Origin: a virus
DNA: 64,000 nt
Virus record (IMG/VR): IMGVR_UViG_3300027908_000025
Reading direction: 5' to 3' (one strand)
Position numbers and translations under genes: made by a program. Under the pieces are notes generated by a model. The model saw only the letters and a program-made list of their open reading frames with translations, was not told where the DNA came from and made no database searches. Shown here in pieces: positions 15,741 to 24,220 of the stretch. Each line of letters opens with the position of its first letter. Position 1 is the stretch's first letter.

Positions 15741-15941
15741 TCAGTGAAGCTCCTCAAAGTAAAATAGGTGAACAGTCTCCTCTGTTACTTTGGCTATAGA
15801 TCCGAAATCGAATCTGACAACATATTCGATGCCACTACTACCATACATATTACCGGCAGTACCGTACACCTTCTGTCCCTCGTGCATGATGTATACTCTT
15901 CTGCCAGGATGAGCCTTCGCTTGGTATTCTTTCAGGTCCAT
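15741..15941 (-). CDS. SH3-like small protein
   Basis: PGRRV...GT...YVVRFD. Confidence 0.6.
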   Translation of the reverse strand: MDLKEYQAKAHPGRRVYIMHEGQKVYGTAGNMYGSSGIEYVVRFDFGSIAKVTEETVHLFYFEELH

Positions 15942-15943
15942 TG

Positions 15944-16159
15944 CTACACCACTATGACTGGTTTCTCACTAAGCAGTTTGATATTCTCATTCTCTGCTAT
16001 AGCGACAACGATTCGCTCACACTTATCAGCTTCGTCTGACAACCCTGCACGTCGCCACATGATTGATGCCCACACGTAATGACGCAGGATTTCACACACT
16101 CTTGCCTGCTGAATATTTTTGTCTCTCATTTCTTTAGGTTGTCGATAATCTTGTAGCAC
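15944..16159 (-). CDS. Hypothetical protein
   Basis: Abutting ORF. Confidence 0.5.
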   Translation of the reverse strand: MLQDYRQPKEMRDKNIQQARVCEILRHYVWASIMWRRAGLSDEADKCERIVVAIAENENIKLLSEKPVIVV

Positions 16160-16428
16160 ATTCCCTCTGAAATCTTTCTCACTCGCTGGGGAATGCTTCT
16201 GTAAACCTTGGTACTACAATGAAGCCATAAACACCAAGCATGGAGTGTTTTAAGTCCTCGGATAGCTGTAGGTTTGTCGTATGCGGTAAGCGACGCACGA
16301 CAAAGCATTTGGCCATCGCAAAGAAATTCAATACCAGCGACAACATCTTCGTGTAAGAAGCCACCATCAAAGTAGTATGGCTCCGGTAATCTACGAACGA
16401 GATATTTGCCGCTCTGTGATACAAACAT
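16126..16428 (-). CDS. Hypothetical protein
   Basis: Abutting ORF. Confidence 0.5.
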   Translation of the reverse strand: MFVSQSGKYLVRRLPEPYYFDGGFLHEDVVAGIEFLCDGQMLCRASLTAYDKPTAIRGLKTLHAWCLWLHCSTKVYRSIPQRVRKISEGMCYKIIDNLKK

Positions 16429-16431
16429 CGG

Positions 16432-16800
16432 TTACCATTGATAGTAGTGTGTTGCTATGTGCGCGCTAAGGTGTTTCGCAGCTAGTTTTTTTCCGCAAAG
16501 CCCGCACACAATCCAATCATCTAGCTCACTTTTTTTACCGGCTTTCTTTGCGGGTTTAACAGGGGCAGCAAGCTCCTTCTTCCGCTTTTCTTTTTCTTCT
16601 CTTCGGCTGTCGTTCGTTTCAATACCGAGGCGCTTATTCAGCTCTTCGTAGAAGTCTTTCTTACCCCAACCATAGCCAGCAAATACAGCATCGATAGTAC
16701 CTAGGTACTGAATATACTTGATGCGTTTGTCTTCGTAATTCTTGATGTTCCCACGAAGCTCGTTTACGATTCGTTCAAACTGATCTTCTGTTCCCTTCAT
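16432..16800 (-). CDS. Coiled-coil protein with C-terminal C2H2-type Zn finger
   Basis: CGLCGKKLAAKHLSAHIATH. Confidence 0.7.
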   Translation of the reverse strand: MKGTEDQFERIVNELRGNIKNYEDKRIKYIQYLGTIDAVFAGYGWGKKDFYEELNKRLGIETNDSRREEKEKRKKELAAPVKPAKKAGKKSELDDWIVCGLCGKKLAAKHLSAHIATHYYQW

Positions 16801-16804
16801 TGGA

Positions 16805-17065
16805 TTACCTAGGAGGAAGTGCGTTCATTCGGGGGCGGGCATATTCTTGGCTGCATTTTTCGCACCCATGATTACCACAAGCGCCATTGGGATGGCTTCT
16901 TACGCCCACAACACGCGCTCTTGCACTACCAAGAGATACACGCTTGCTCTTCTTGTTCTGACCGGAGGCCTTGTAAGACTCGTAAAGAGCACGTTGCGTC
17001 GATTTGCGCGACCTCTTGTCTTTTTTACGCTGTTCAGATCTACGAGTACGAGCTTTCTTACCCAT
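16805..17065 (-). CDS. Basic protein with Zn knuckle
   Basis: K/R-rich; CGNHGCEKC. Confidence 0.65.
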   Translation of the reverse strand: MGKKARTRRSEQRKKDKRSRKSTQRALYESYKASGQNKKSKRVSLGSARARVVGVRSHPNGACGNHGCEKCSQEYARPRMNALPPR

Positions 17066-17120
17066 GTGAATTCTCCAATCAGGATCCTAGTTTATGGATC
17101 GTTTGCCACCGCGTCAAGCC

Positions 17121-17330
17121 TCAGAGATTCGATTGCTTACATACAAATCTCTCACGGACAGATACAACAATGAATCCTATTAGGGCAGGAACTGCAAGCA
17201 GTAGTAGACTAAACCCACAGATAATACGCGCCCTGATGCTTAGCTGACGCTCGACAATGGCAGCAAGGCATACCATAAAGATACCAACTGGTAGCCATAG
17301 GTAGTCGAACATACTAAAGCCTTCCATCAC
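17121..17330 (-). CDS. Small 2-TM protein
   Basis: Hydrophobic segments. Confidence 0.5.
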   Translation of the reverse strand: MMEGFSMFDYLWLPVGIFMVCLAAIVERQLSIRARIICGFSLLLLAVPALIGFIVVSVRERFVCKQSNL

Positions 17331-17695
17331 TGTCCCGCGCTATGCTCTTCCGAAGCGTGATGCTTAAAGAAGAACGCATAGTAGATTACAACGAGCAGAA
17401 ACCCTAGGCCAAAGAAGATCTTGGCATAGTTTCGATACTGATCGTAGAAGTAAAACTCCGATGTCATCCAAGTAGCATTGGCACAAATCCAGCAGCATAC
17501 AGCTAGATTGGGAAACAGTTCGTGGATATTCTTCCTGTTTCGCCATGTGATATCTGCAGCAACAAGCAGCGTAGGAACGATCATAATCATTCCGGCAAGG
17601 CGCCAAGTCATCACCCAAAAGCAATCCTTTAGGAGCCATAATGCGATGTGCATGTTCTCATACGACCTGAACGTCTTAAAGAGATTGGGCTTCAT
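17327..17695 (-). CDS. 4-TM membrane protein resembling a conserved uncharacterised bacterial family
   Basis: EN.HI..WL.KD..W ... NLAV..WI.AN..WM..EF pattern. Confidence 0.7.
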   Translation of the reverse strand: MKPNLFKTFRSYENMHIALWLLKDCFWVMTWRLAGMIMIVPTLLVAADITWRNRKNIHELFPNLAVCCWICANATWMTSEFYFYDQYRNYAKIFFGLGFLLVVIYYAFFFKHHASEEHSAGQ

Positions 17696-17958
17696 GTTGG
17701 CATCATCTTTGTGAGCATTGCTTCGGCAATGCAGTTGATCATTACCTTGATGTTATCCAGTTTATCTGGATTGTGTTCTTCTTTAGCTAACTTGTGCAGC
17801 GACTGGAGCACTTCCGTTATCGCTCGCAGTTCCTTCAAAGACTTCGATGATAGGAATTGGAGTATCTTTGATCTCTGCAGCGGTGTTAGTTCCATCAGGC
17901 TTTTCGGTAGTGGCTCGTTGTAGAACTGCAAGTTTGAATTTGATGGTATCGAGTTCAT
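17692..17958 (-). CDS. Hypothetical protein (overlaps next ORF in another frame)
   Basis: ATGA-coupled at 3' end; start uncertain. Confidence 0.5.
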   Translation of the reverse strand: MNSIPSNSNLQFYNEPLPKSLMELTPLQRSKILQFLSSKSLKELRAITEVLQSLHKLAKEEHNPDKLDNIKVMINCIAEAMLTKMMPT

Positions 17959-18109
17959 ATGTAAGACTATCCACCTTGGTTTCGGCCAGATTCGCTCGGT
18001 AAGTTTCTGAATCTAGCTTGATGTTTAGATCGGATCTTGTAAGGACAAGACATGTATGCATCTTACGAAGCTTCTTTTTGAGCTTTGCGATTTTCTTCTT
18101 GGCACCCAT
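17783..18109 (-). CDS. Coiled-coil hypothetical protein
   Basis: GGAGG RBS; downstream of promoter 18122-18150. Confidence 0.6.
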   Translation of the reverse strand: MGAKKKIAKLKKKLRKMHTCLVLTRSDLNIKLDSETYRANLAETKVDSLTYELDTIKFKLAVLQRATTEKPDGTNTAAEIKDTPIPIIEVFEGTASDNGSAPVAAQVS

Positions 18110-18121
18110 GTGGTTCCTCCC

Positions 18122-18150
18122 ATCGTAGCCGCTGCGTCAATGTGTGTCAA
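18122..18150 (-). promoter_or_regulatory. sigma70-type promoter
   Basis: TTGACA-N17-TACGAT. Confidence 0.7.
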
Positions 18151-18162
18151 GTATGATGGTTT

Positions 18163-18549
18163 CTACTTCTTGCCAAAGATAGCGTGCCAATTCTTCTCGT
18201 ACCGATCTTGTGATGTAGGCTCTTTCAATTCTACTAGCACCTTGCAAAAGTCACATACGTATTTTCCATCTTCTGGCTCGACATGTGGCGCTGAGATATT
18301 ACACTCTATACATTTCTGGTCGGGGTACTCAATAGCTGGCTTCATATTATCCTCGTACCAGTAATGGTAGGTGTTATCAAGATCAACGTTCCAAGCAACG
18401 CGGCCGATGGGGACTGGATACTTATAACGCTTTACAAGCGTAGCAACTTTACCAACATACTGCAACATATTGGGATTCCAATCTACTTGAACACCATTTA
18501 TGACATGGTCTCCCAATATAACTCTGTCGCCAACCTTAAACCTAGCCAT
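18163..18549 (-). CDS. SH3-like plus Zn-ribbon protein
   Basis: FKVGDRV...YVGKVAT...; CIEC...CDFC. Confidence 0.7.
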   Translation of the reverse strand: MARFKVGDRVILGDHVINGVQVDWNPNMLQYVGKVATLVKRYKYPVPIGRVAWNVDLDNTYHYWYEDNMKPAIEYPDQKCIECNISAPHVEPEDGKYVCDFCKVLVELKEPTSQDRYEKNWHAIFGKK

Positions 18550-18952
18550 GTGATTCCTGCGCTTTACTCTTTATCTTGGTAAGTTCACGCTTGCAAGTTA
18601 TGAGTTCGGCTTGCGCACGCATTGCAGATAGATGTCTAACATCATCTTCCGCAATCATCTTGTTGTAATTGGGATGCATTGCAGCAAACTTATCGGCGTC
18701 GCCCATCCACCTACAACGTGGCCGATGCTGCTGCAGTACCGACATATGCTTACCATTCGAAGCACCACAGAAAGCACACTTACTCCAAGTCTTATGGAGT
18801 TCCGCGATGTATGGATCGTTAGTTGCTTCTTCCAAAGAAGAGTATTGAATGCATGCACCACCCTCGGACTCCCACGTATCCGTGTCCGCAGATTCGAGCT
18901 TGCTGCTAACAGCGCGCATTAGCTCTCTAACTTCATTAGCAGGTCTGCTCAT
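18542..18952 (-). CDS. Zn-finger hypothetical protein
   Basis: CAFC...H..C. Confidence 0.6.
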   Translation of the reverse strand: MSRPANEVRELMRAVSSKLESADTDTWESEGGACIQYSSLEEATNDPYIAELHKTWSKCAFCGASNGKHMSVLQQHRPRCRWMGDADKFAAMHPNYNKMIAEDDVRHLSAMRAQAELITCKRELTKIKSKAQESHG

Positions 18953-19137
18953 AGGTTATCCCACAGCTTCTTTGCCAGCCTAAGCGGATAAGAGATGACA
19001 TACAGCACGCCCATGAAAGCATAAAACACAAGCTGTGAATTCACTCCTTCGTCACGTGCCTTGCGACGCTCCTCCGCTTCTTTTGGCGAGATATAGCGGC
19101 CTTCTTCCTTAATAGGTCTTAATGGTCTACGAGTCAT
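18949..19137 (-). CDS. Small single-TM protein
   Basis: Start re-called to MTRRP. Confidence 0.5.
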   Translation of the reverse strand: MTRRPLRPIKEEGRYISPKEAEERRKARDEGVNSQLVFYAFMGVLYVISYPLRLAKKLWDNL

Positions 19138-19138
19138 T

Positions 19139-19405
19139 TCAATGTCCCAGTAAGAGTTTGGATGACAATATACCAACAACTGATCCTGCTGCAGAACCAA
19201 ATGTGTATGCGAAAAACATAAGCACAGAGTCTTCTGACTTGGCAATCTTTCTGATGACAAAGAAGTTCATACCAGCGATGATAGTGTCAGATAACATAGA
19301 CCAGATTATATTGGCCTGCGCTACTGCTCGGAAGTTAATGACAAGCACTAGATACAGTACGAGCTGTATAGAGAACAGTTCAATGAATAGGAGTGTCTTT
19401 TTCAC
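19139..19405 (-). CDS. Small 3-TM membrane protein
   Basis: Ends YTFGSAAGSVVG; similar to 57163-57402. Confidence 0.7.
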   Translation of the reverse strand: MKKTLLFIELFSIQLVLYLVLVINFRAVAQANIIWSMLSDTIIAGMNFFVIRKIAKSEDSVLMFFAYTFGSAAGSVVGILSSKLLLGH

Positions 19406-19586
19406 TTGGGTATATGACTACGCTTTCTATGATCGCAGTAGAAGCAATATAGATCTGCGTACTCGGGTGTTGTTGCTAATGCTTCGTAGTCATGTACGTT
19501 ATATGAGCAGAGAAGTTGGCGCAAGAGTAGGTATGCGCGATACTTTAGTTGTGGGTAGGTTGGATACATTTTGATTCGAACCTGCG

Positions 19587-19661
19587 TGGTCTCCTCGGCA
19601 GGATTCGAACCTGCAGCTTTCGGAGTAGAAATCCGAATTTCTTCCGTTGAATTACGAGGAG
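19587..19661 (-). tRNA. tRNA-Arg(UCU)
   Basis: CTCCTCG TA ATTC AACGGAA GAAA T TCGGA TTTCTAC TCCGA AAGCT GCAGG TTCGAAT CCTGC CGAGGAG ACCA. Confidence 0.9.
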
Positions 19662-19712
19662 ATTGTGACGAAACTTTAGTTTAGGGCGATATATAAGTCT
19701 ATGGAGGCTTCG

Positions 19713-20399
19713 ATGGTTCATTTAAGAAAAGAAAAAGGCGACATTGCAACTGCAAAAGTTATAGCAGATTTAACTGAAAAGGAATATGTTATTCTAACAC
19801 CAACTGTTAGCGAGCATTTACCATTTGATCTTATCGCTTATAAGGACAATAAGTGTTTAAGAATTCAGGCGAAGTATAGTTCTACTGGACTTATATCACA
19901 TAAGAATGTGTGGAACGATAAACACGGATCACATGTAAAATACTACGGCAATAATGATTTTGACTATTATGGAATCTATTTTCCTTCAGTAAATAAGATT
20001 GTATACCCGTCCATTAAGTTTGGCGGAGCTAAAATCGCTACTAAAGTTCCAAACTCCGCTACTCCTTTTTATTGGTGGGAGGATTTTTTATCGCTTACAG
20101 ATAAAGCGGAGAAAAGAATCTATAGAGATTTCGGTGTTGAATTAAATCGGTCTTGGCAAAGTAATCCCGTATTCAAAGCTGGAACTCCACAAAGAAAAGA
20201 GTTAGATGAGAGGCATCGAAAAGTGGCTCGCCCATCCAAAGAAGAACTGCAAAAGCTTTTGTGGCAAAAACCAACATCACAACTTGCAAAAGACTTTGGA
20301 GTATCTGACAAAGCTATTGAGAAGTGGGCTAAAACGTACGGACTAGAAAAACCCGGCAGGGGCTATTGGTCTCAGCTTCCAACTAAGTTTTCTTACTGA
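19713..20399 (+). CDS. PD-(D/E)XK homing-endonuclease-like protein (I-Ssp6803I/PDDEXK_5-like) with C-terminal HTH
   Basis: KGDIA..KV...L...Y.IL.P......FDLI.......RIQAK; GGAGG RBS before MVHL; tail PSKEEL...KPGRGYW. Confidence 0.85.
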   Translation: MVHLRKEKGDIATAKVIADLTEKEYVILTPTVSEHLPFDLIAYKDNKCLRIQAKYSSTGLISHKNVWNDKHGSHVKYYGNNDFDYYGIYFPSVNKIVYPSIKFGGAKIATKVPNSATPFYWWEDFLSLTDKAEKRIYRDFGVELNRSWQSNPVFKAGTPQRKELDERHRKVARPSKEELQKLLWQKPTSQLAKDFGVSDKAIEKWAKTYGLEKPGRGYWSQLPTKFSY

Positions 20400-20563
20400 C
20401 AGACTCTAAGCAAGTGAGACAATTCAATACCAACAAGGCCACACAAGCAAGACCATCCGATGATTACTAGAACAAGTAGTAGCAGTTTACCTGCCGAACT
20501 ACTGCTAGTGGGCGAACCAAAATGTCTAAATGGTTTGCCACGACGGGGAACAATTACAGCCAT
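20393..20563 (-). CDS. Small single-TM protein (not in ORF track, 56 aa)
   Basis: MAVIVPRRGKPFRHFG...LLLLVLVIIGWSCLCGLVGI. Confidence 0.5.
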   Translation of the reverse strand: MAVIVPRRGKPFRHFGSPTSSSSAGKLLLLVLVIIGWSCLCGLVGIELSHLLRVCQ

Positions 20564-20573
20564 GATTTATCTT

Positions 20574-20837
20574 TCAATGGAGCACAATGCATTGCTGTGA
20601 TGTATTTGCATTGATAGTAAGCCCTACTAGGGAAATGTTCTGAGGATTTGTTTTCTGGTCGTTCTTAAACCACACTTGCGCGATGCCATATGTGATCGGA
20701 TAAGCTACCTTTTTGCTGTCATCGGTAGTTTTCTCAAAGCACATTACACCATAATGCAGCGTATTGGTTGGGGCCTCAGTATTAGAACAGCCCATTAAAC
20801 CAAGTAGACATACCAACAGTGTAGCTTTCATTTCCAA
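20574..20837 (-). CDS. Lipoprotein
   Basis: MKATLLVCLLGLMGC lipobox. Confidence 0.7.
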   Translation of the reverse strand: MEMKATLLVCLLGLMGCSNTEAPTNTLHYGVMCFEKTTDDSKKVAYPITYGIAQVWFKNDQKTNPQNISLVGLTINANTSQQCIVLH

Positions 20838-21116
20838 CTACCCCCGCTTAGAAATTCCGCCTCCTGGGCCATTGCGAATAAACAAATCATCACGCCTCTT
20901 AACATATGCGCTAACAAGATGATAGACAATAGTCTTGTCCACATCAGCGCCAGCGTTCTGAAATCTGAGAGCGAGACTCTCCGATAGCTTGGTGATAGGG
21001 ATAGTATGACCAGCATTGACAGCTTCGTCAATGGCCTTTCCTGCAGCGTCAACGATAACGCTTGTAAGATTACTCAGCTCAATACAGATTCCGCTGTGTC
21101 GATCGAGGGTTGCCAT
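20838..21116 (-). CDS. Small winged-helix-like protein, paralog of 2725-2994
   Basis: TKLS..LA...YHLV..Y...R.DL.I..GPGGGI shared pattern. Confidence 0.65.
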   Translation of the reverse strand: MATLDRHSGICIELSNLTSVIVDAAGKAIDEAVNAGHTIPITKLSESLALRFQNAGADVDKTIVYHLVSAYVKRRDDLFIRNGPGGGISKRG

Positions 21117-21146
21117 TTGAGCACCGTCCTTGTCCTAGTATTGTAA

Positions 21147-21449
21147 TCAGTAGTTTCGGAAAGTCAAGGCTGGCTGGTCTTCTTTTCGATAACCCTCTTC
21201 ATCGAAACGTTCCGGATAAAGCTTGGCCTCTATCTCATCACAACCAATACAGTGTAAACTAAGAATGGATCTGCCATGTTCGCACATTTGAGCTTGCTGA
21301 CGAATCAATGCTGAAGTTTGCTTAACTGTAAGCTCTCCATTGAAATACCGGGTAAGGATTGCATCACGCTCTTGTCGCTCACGCTCCCACCTTTTGGCAG
21401 TGATTAATTCATCAGGTGTAAGTCTTGCAAGCTGCTCCTCTGTGAACAT
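21147..21449 (-). CDS. Hypothetical protein with CxH...HCxxC
   Basis: Abutting ORF. Confidence 0.6.
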   Translation of the reverse strand: MFTEEQLARLTPDELITAKRWERERQERDAILTRYFNGELTVKQTSALIRQQAQMCEHGRSILSLHCIGCDEIEAKLYPERFDEEGYRKEDQPALTFRNY

Positions 21450-21641
21450 TTAACCACACCTACTAATCAGATAGTTATAGGCTCCCGGCATCCTGTCGCG
21501 AATGGCGTTTAATGACACGACGTTGCCGCGTACGAAGCCGATGCTTGCAAGTCGAACCCCGGTGCCTTTGCACAAGGCGAATTCTACAAACACTCGTGAG
21601 CCGCTTTCGGGATGCTCGATGAGGTATGTTGCAGTGTTCAT
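21450..21641 (-). CDS. Hypothetical protein
   Basis: Abutting ORF. Confidence 0.55.
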   Translation of the reverse strand: MNTATYLIEHPESGSRVFVEFALCKGTGVRLASIGFVRGNVVSLNAIRDRMPGAYNYLISRCG

Positions 21642-21644
21642 TAC

Positions 21645-21938
21645 TTACTCGTCGTCTTCGTCATCCTCTACGCCATGCAGATCATCGTCATCGATATCTT
21701 CCTCATCATCGATGTCGTCGTCTTCCTCATCTTCATCGGTGAGATCAAAGTCTTCACCATCTACGTAAATACCAACAGCTTCTTCATCTATCACGCAAAC
21801 GATTGTAGAGAAGTCAGCTCCATTGGCTGCTTTCTTTAGCGCATCGTGAATCTTACGAGGTGAATCCACATCAGGATCCATATCTATGGTGTGAGCGAAA
21901 GTGAAATTCTCGCCATCGCGAAATCCAATAACTAGCAT
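21645..21938 (-). CDS. Highly acidic protein
   Basis: GGAG RBS; D/E-rich C-terminal third. Confidence 0.7.
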   Translation of the reverse strand: MLVIGFRDGENFTFAHTIDMDPDVDSPRKIHDALKKAANGADFSTIVCVIDEEAVGIYVDGEDFDLTDEDEEDDDIDDEEDIDDDDLHGVEDDEDDE

Positions 21939-21967
21939 CTATTTATCTCCTACTTATTTAGTCCTTA

Positions 21968-22210
21968 TTATTGCATGGTGTAGTTGTAAATAACGAGGCC
22001 GATGAGATACACCATATAGCATACTGCTATAGCTGTCATAACTGCCGTTGCACCAATTAGTACGATCCATACACGATCAGGAAGATCACCTGGCCGCATA
22101 AATATACGACCAATAGCATATAGAATAGCGATAATAATCGCTACTACGATAGCTCCAACTAGGAATATGACGACGTGATGCATGTTACGGCTCAATCGGA
22201 GGGAACGCAC
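21968..22210 (-). CDS. 2-TM membrane protein
   Basis: Hydrophobic segments. Confidence 0.55.
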   Translation of the reverse strand: MRSLRLSRNMHHVVIFLVGAIVVAIIIAILYAIGRIFMRPGDLPDRVWIVLIGATAVMTAIAVCYMVYLIGLVIYNYTMQ

Positions 22211-22418
22211 AAATTGCTTCGTACGACTGCTGTGCGCTTTCGTTATTGTCGCGAGCTAGCTGCATATCATCGCGCAGCTGTCTGAATACAGCGTCATGCT
22301 CTAGCTCCTTTGAATCCTTGGCATCCTTAATGGCGTCCCTATATTTCTTGTAGGTTCTTGCCCGCTCCAAGTTAGAACTAACGACGCGACGAGCAGCAGC
22401 TTCAATGGCCTTCGACAT
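22185..22418 (-). CDS. Small coiled-coil protein
   Basis: GAGGA RBS. Confidence 0.65.
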   Translation of the reverse strand: MSKAIEAAARRVVSSNLERARTYKKYRDAIKDAKDSKELEHDAVFRQLRDDMQLARDNNESAQQSYEAICAFPPIEP

Positions 22419-22464
22419 GATGATTCCTCAGCTCCATAGACTATAGTGGTTGCTTGTTTCCGTG

Positions 22465-23076
22465 TCAACGGTCTTTCTCGCCACGCCGCAAACCGCCCTC
22501 TGGCTTCCAGTTTACAGGATGAGTTTCTCCTGTCGTACATGCTGCACAATGTGCATTGTTCTTTACGTCGTAGCCTTGTAGCATGATTTGGTTCGCGGAC
22601 CAATCATGATACCTAGCATCAAGTTCCTGCGAGGCTTTATCCTTTTCGTTAGAGAAACCATTTGCAGCACTGCGTCTCTTTGCTGCTTCGTTTGTATGGA
22701 AAGCGATTGCAACTCGCTTACCATCGGCATATCCTTTCCAGTAAGCTCTACCTGTAGCATCACGTTGATCAAACCACGCTTCATGCCAGCATTTAGCGCT
22801 ATTCTTTGAGTTGAATAGTTCGGCTTCTAACTCCTCGACTTTGGTAGAAAGCCTCTGCTTCTCGTACCAAAAGTGGGACTTAGCTTGGAACTCTTTATTC
22901 TCGTATTCCTTCTTTGTAATACCAAGGATACGTTGCTCCCAACAATCACATCTTGCACTTCCCTTGTGCTCACTGCAGAGCATTGAGTAGTTGATTTCGT
23001 TCTTAATCCAATCTGGTGAGATAGAATGTAGGATACGATACCATAGCGTGATGAAAAAGAGTTTGATTACGTTCAT
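22465..23076 (-). CDS. Hypothetical coiled-coil protein
   Basis: Start re-called to MNVIK (ATGA overlap). Confidence 0.6.
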   Translation of the reverse strand: MNVIKLFFITLWYRILHSISPDWIKNEINYSMLCSEHKGSARCDCWEQRILGITKKEYENKEFQAKSHFWYEKQRLSTKVEELEAELFNSKNSAKCWHEAWFDQRDATGRAYWKGYADGKRVAIAFHTNEAAKRRSAANGFSNEKDKASQELDARYHDWSANQIMLQGYDVKNNAHCAACTTGETHPVNWKPEGGLRRGEKDR

Positions 23077-23483
23077 GATACACCCTTTTCGCGGAAAAGC
23101 AAATCCAATAGCTTCTGAATAAAGTTCAATCTGCATTTAGCAGAAAGTGTGCTACCCACTAATTGGTAGGACTTAAGAGTACCGCCCACCTCTTTAACCG
23201 TCTTGCGCCACATCTTTCCGTGGCCTTTACGACCTACGATTAGATGAGCTAGTTCATGTAGCATAAGCTCCTTACTTCTTAATCGTGTTTTGTATGGTAC
23301 GCAAATCCATCCAGTATGCTTTCCCTTTATGTGGGAATGAGCTAGTGCGACATGTTTATTGTCTTCAGTACGCCAGAATCTTGCATCGTGGCCGATGATA
23401 CAACCACCTACATATACTCCGGAAACTTCGGACCTATCCTTCAAACACGCTGGCCAAGCGGCGTGCGATAATTTGTAACCCAT
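23073..23483 (-). CDS. SprT-like Zn metalloprotease
   Basis: LMLHELAHL....GHG..W zincin motif. Confidence 0.75.
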   Translation of the reverse strand: MGYKLSHAAWPACLKDRSEVSGVYVGGCIIGHDARFWRTEDNKHVALAHSHIKGKHTGWICVPYKTRLRSKELMLHELAHLIVGRKGHGKMWRKTVKEVGGTLKSYQLVGSTLSAKCRLNFIQKLLDLLFREKGVS

Positions 23484-23486
23484 CTC

Positions 23487-23729
23487 TCACCTATTGAAAA
23501 ATACACTGTCATCCTTTTCAAACGGGCCCTTCGCATTTGCACTACGAAATAGCCCGGTTCGTACCATCAATTCCATAGTCCAATAAAGCCACCAGAATGT
23601 ACTAAACGCAACGAATACATACAAGCAGCGCCATACTGTTCTAGAATCGCGGGGGACCAAAAAGATTCCAGTAAAACCCCATAGAACCGACACCATAATT
23701 AGGAGTGACCAAAAGTAAGTTTCGTACAT
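23487..23729 (-). CDS. 2-TM membrane protein
   Basis: Hydrophobic segments. Confidence 0.6.
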   Translation of the reverse strand: MYETYFWSLLIMVSVLWGFTGIFLVPRDSRTVWRCLYVFVAFSTFWWLYWTMELMVRTGLFRSANAKGPFEKDDSVFFNR

Positions 23730-23739
23730 TGTTATCTCT

Positions 23740-23973
23740 TCAGAGGGACTGCTTTAGTTTGCATCTAGCTTTGTTATCTTCGTCAAATTGTTCCGCCATG
23801 TACCAACCGATCTCAAAACCACTAATCAAGGCCCACATCTCTTCCTTGTCAGAGATAGTGACGATCCTGTCGTAGATACGAAGAATGCAGGGTAGTTCCT
23901 TAATGGCTTTGAGCTGCACGATGATATCGTTTAGACTAATATCAGTTCCTTCAGTAATTCTGTACCGATTCAT
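23740..23973 (-). CDS. Hypothetical protein
   Basis: ATGA-coupled ORF. Confidence 0.6.
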   Translation of the reverse strand: MNRYRITEGTDISLNDIIVQLKAIKELPCILRIYDRIVTISDKEEMWALISGFEIGWYMAEQFDEDNKARCKLKQSL

Positions 23974-24218
23974 CCTAGTTTTCTCACAGTAAAATCAGCG
24001 TCATTCACTTTATGTATCCATAGAAATGCTTTACCATCTCTACTGCGACAGCCTAGCCATGGTCCTGAAATCCTTCCAGTACCTAATGTATCTATCTCCT
24101 GCCTGAGAACCCACCTATCACCGTGGTAAGACATCCTCTTCTTACCTGACTCGTTTTTAGGAGTCAATTCGACGATTGTCTCCTTCTTTTCACGGCTCAT
24201 TCGCGGGAATCTAATCAT
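23970..24218 (-). CDS. Phage-type small protein
   Basis: V.LTPK...GK.R...G..W...W.....D..F.V pattern. Confidence 0.6.
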   Translation of the reverse strand: MIRFPRMSREKKETIVELTPKNESGKKRMSYHGDRWVLRQEIDTLGTGRISGPWLGCRSRDGKAFLWIHKVNDADFTVRKLG

Positions 24219-24220
24219 CT

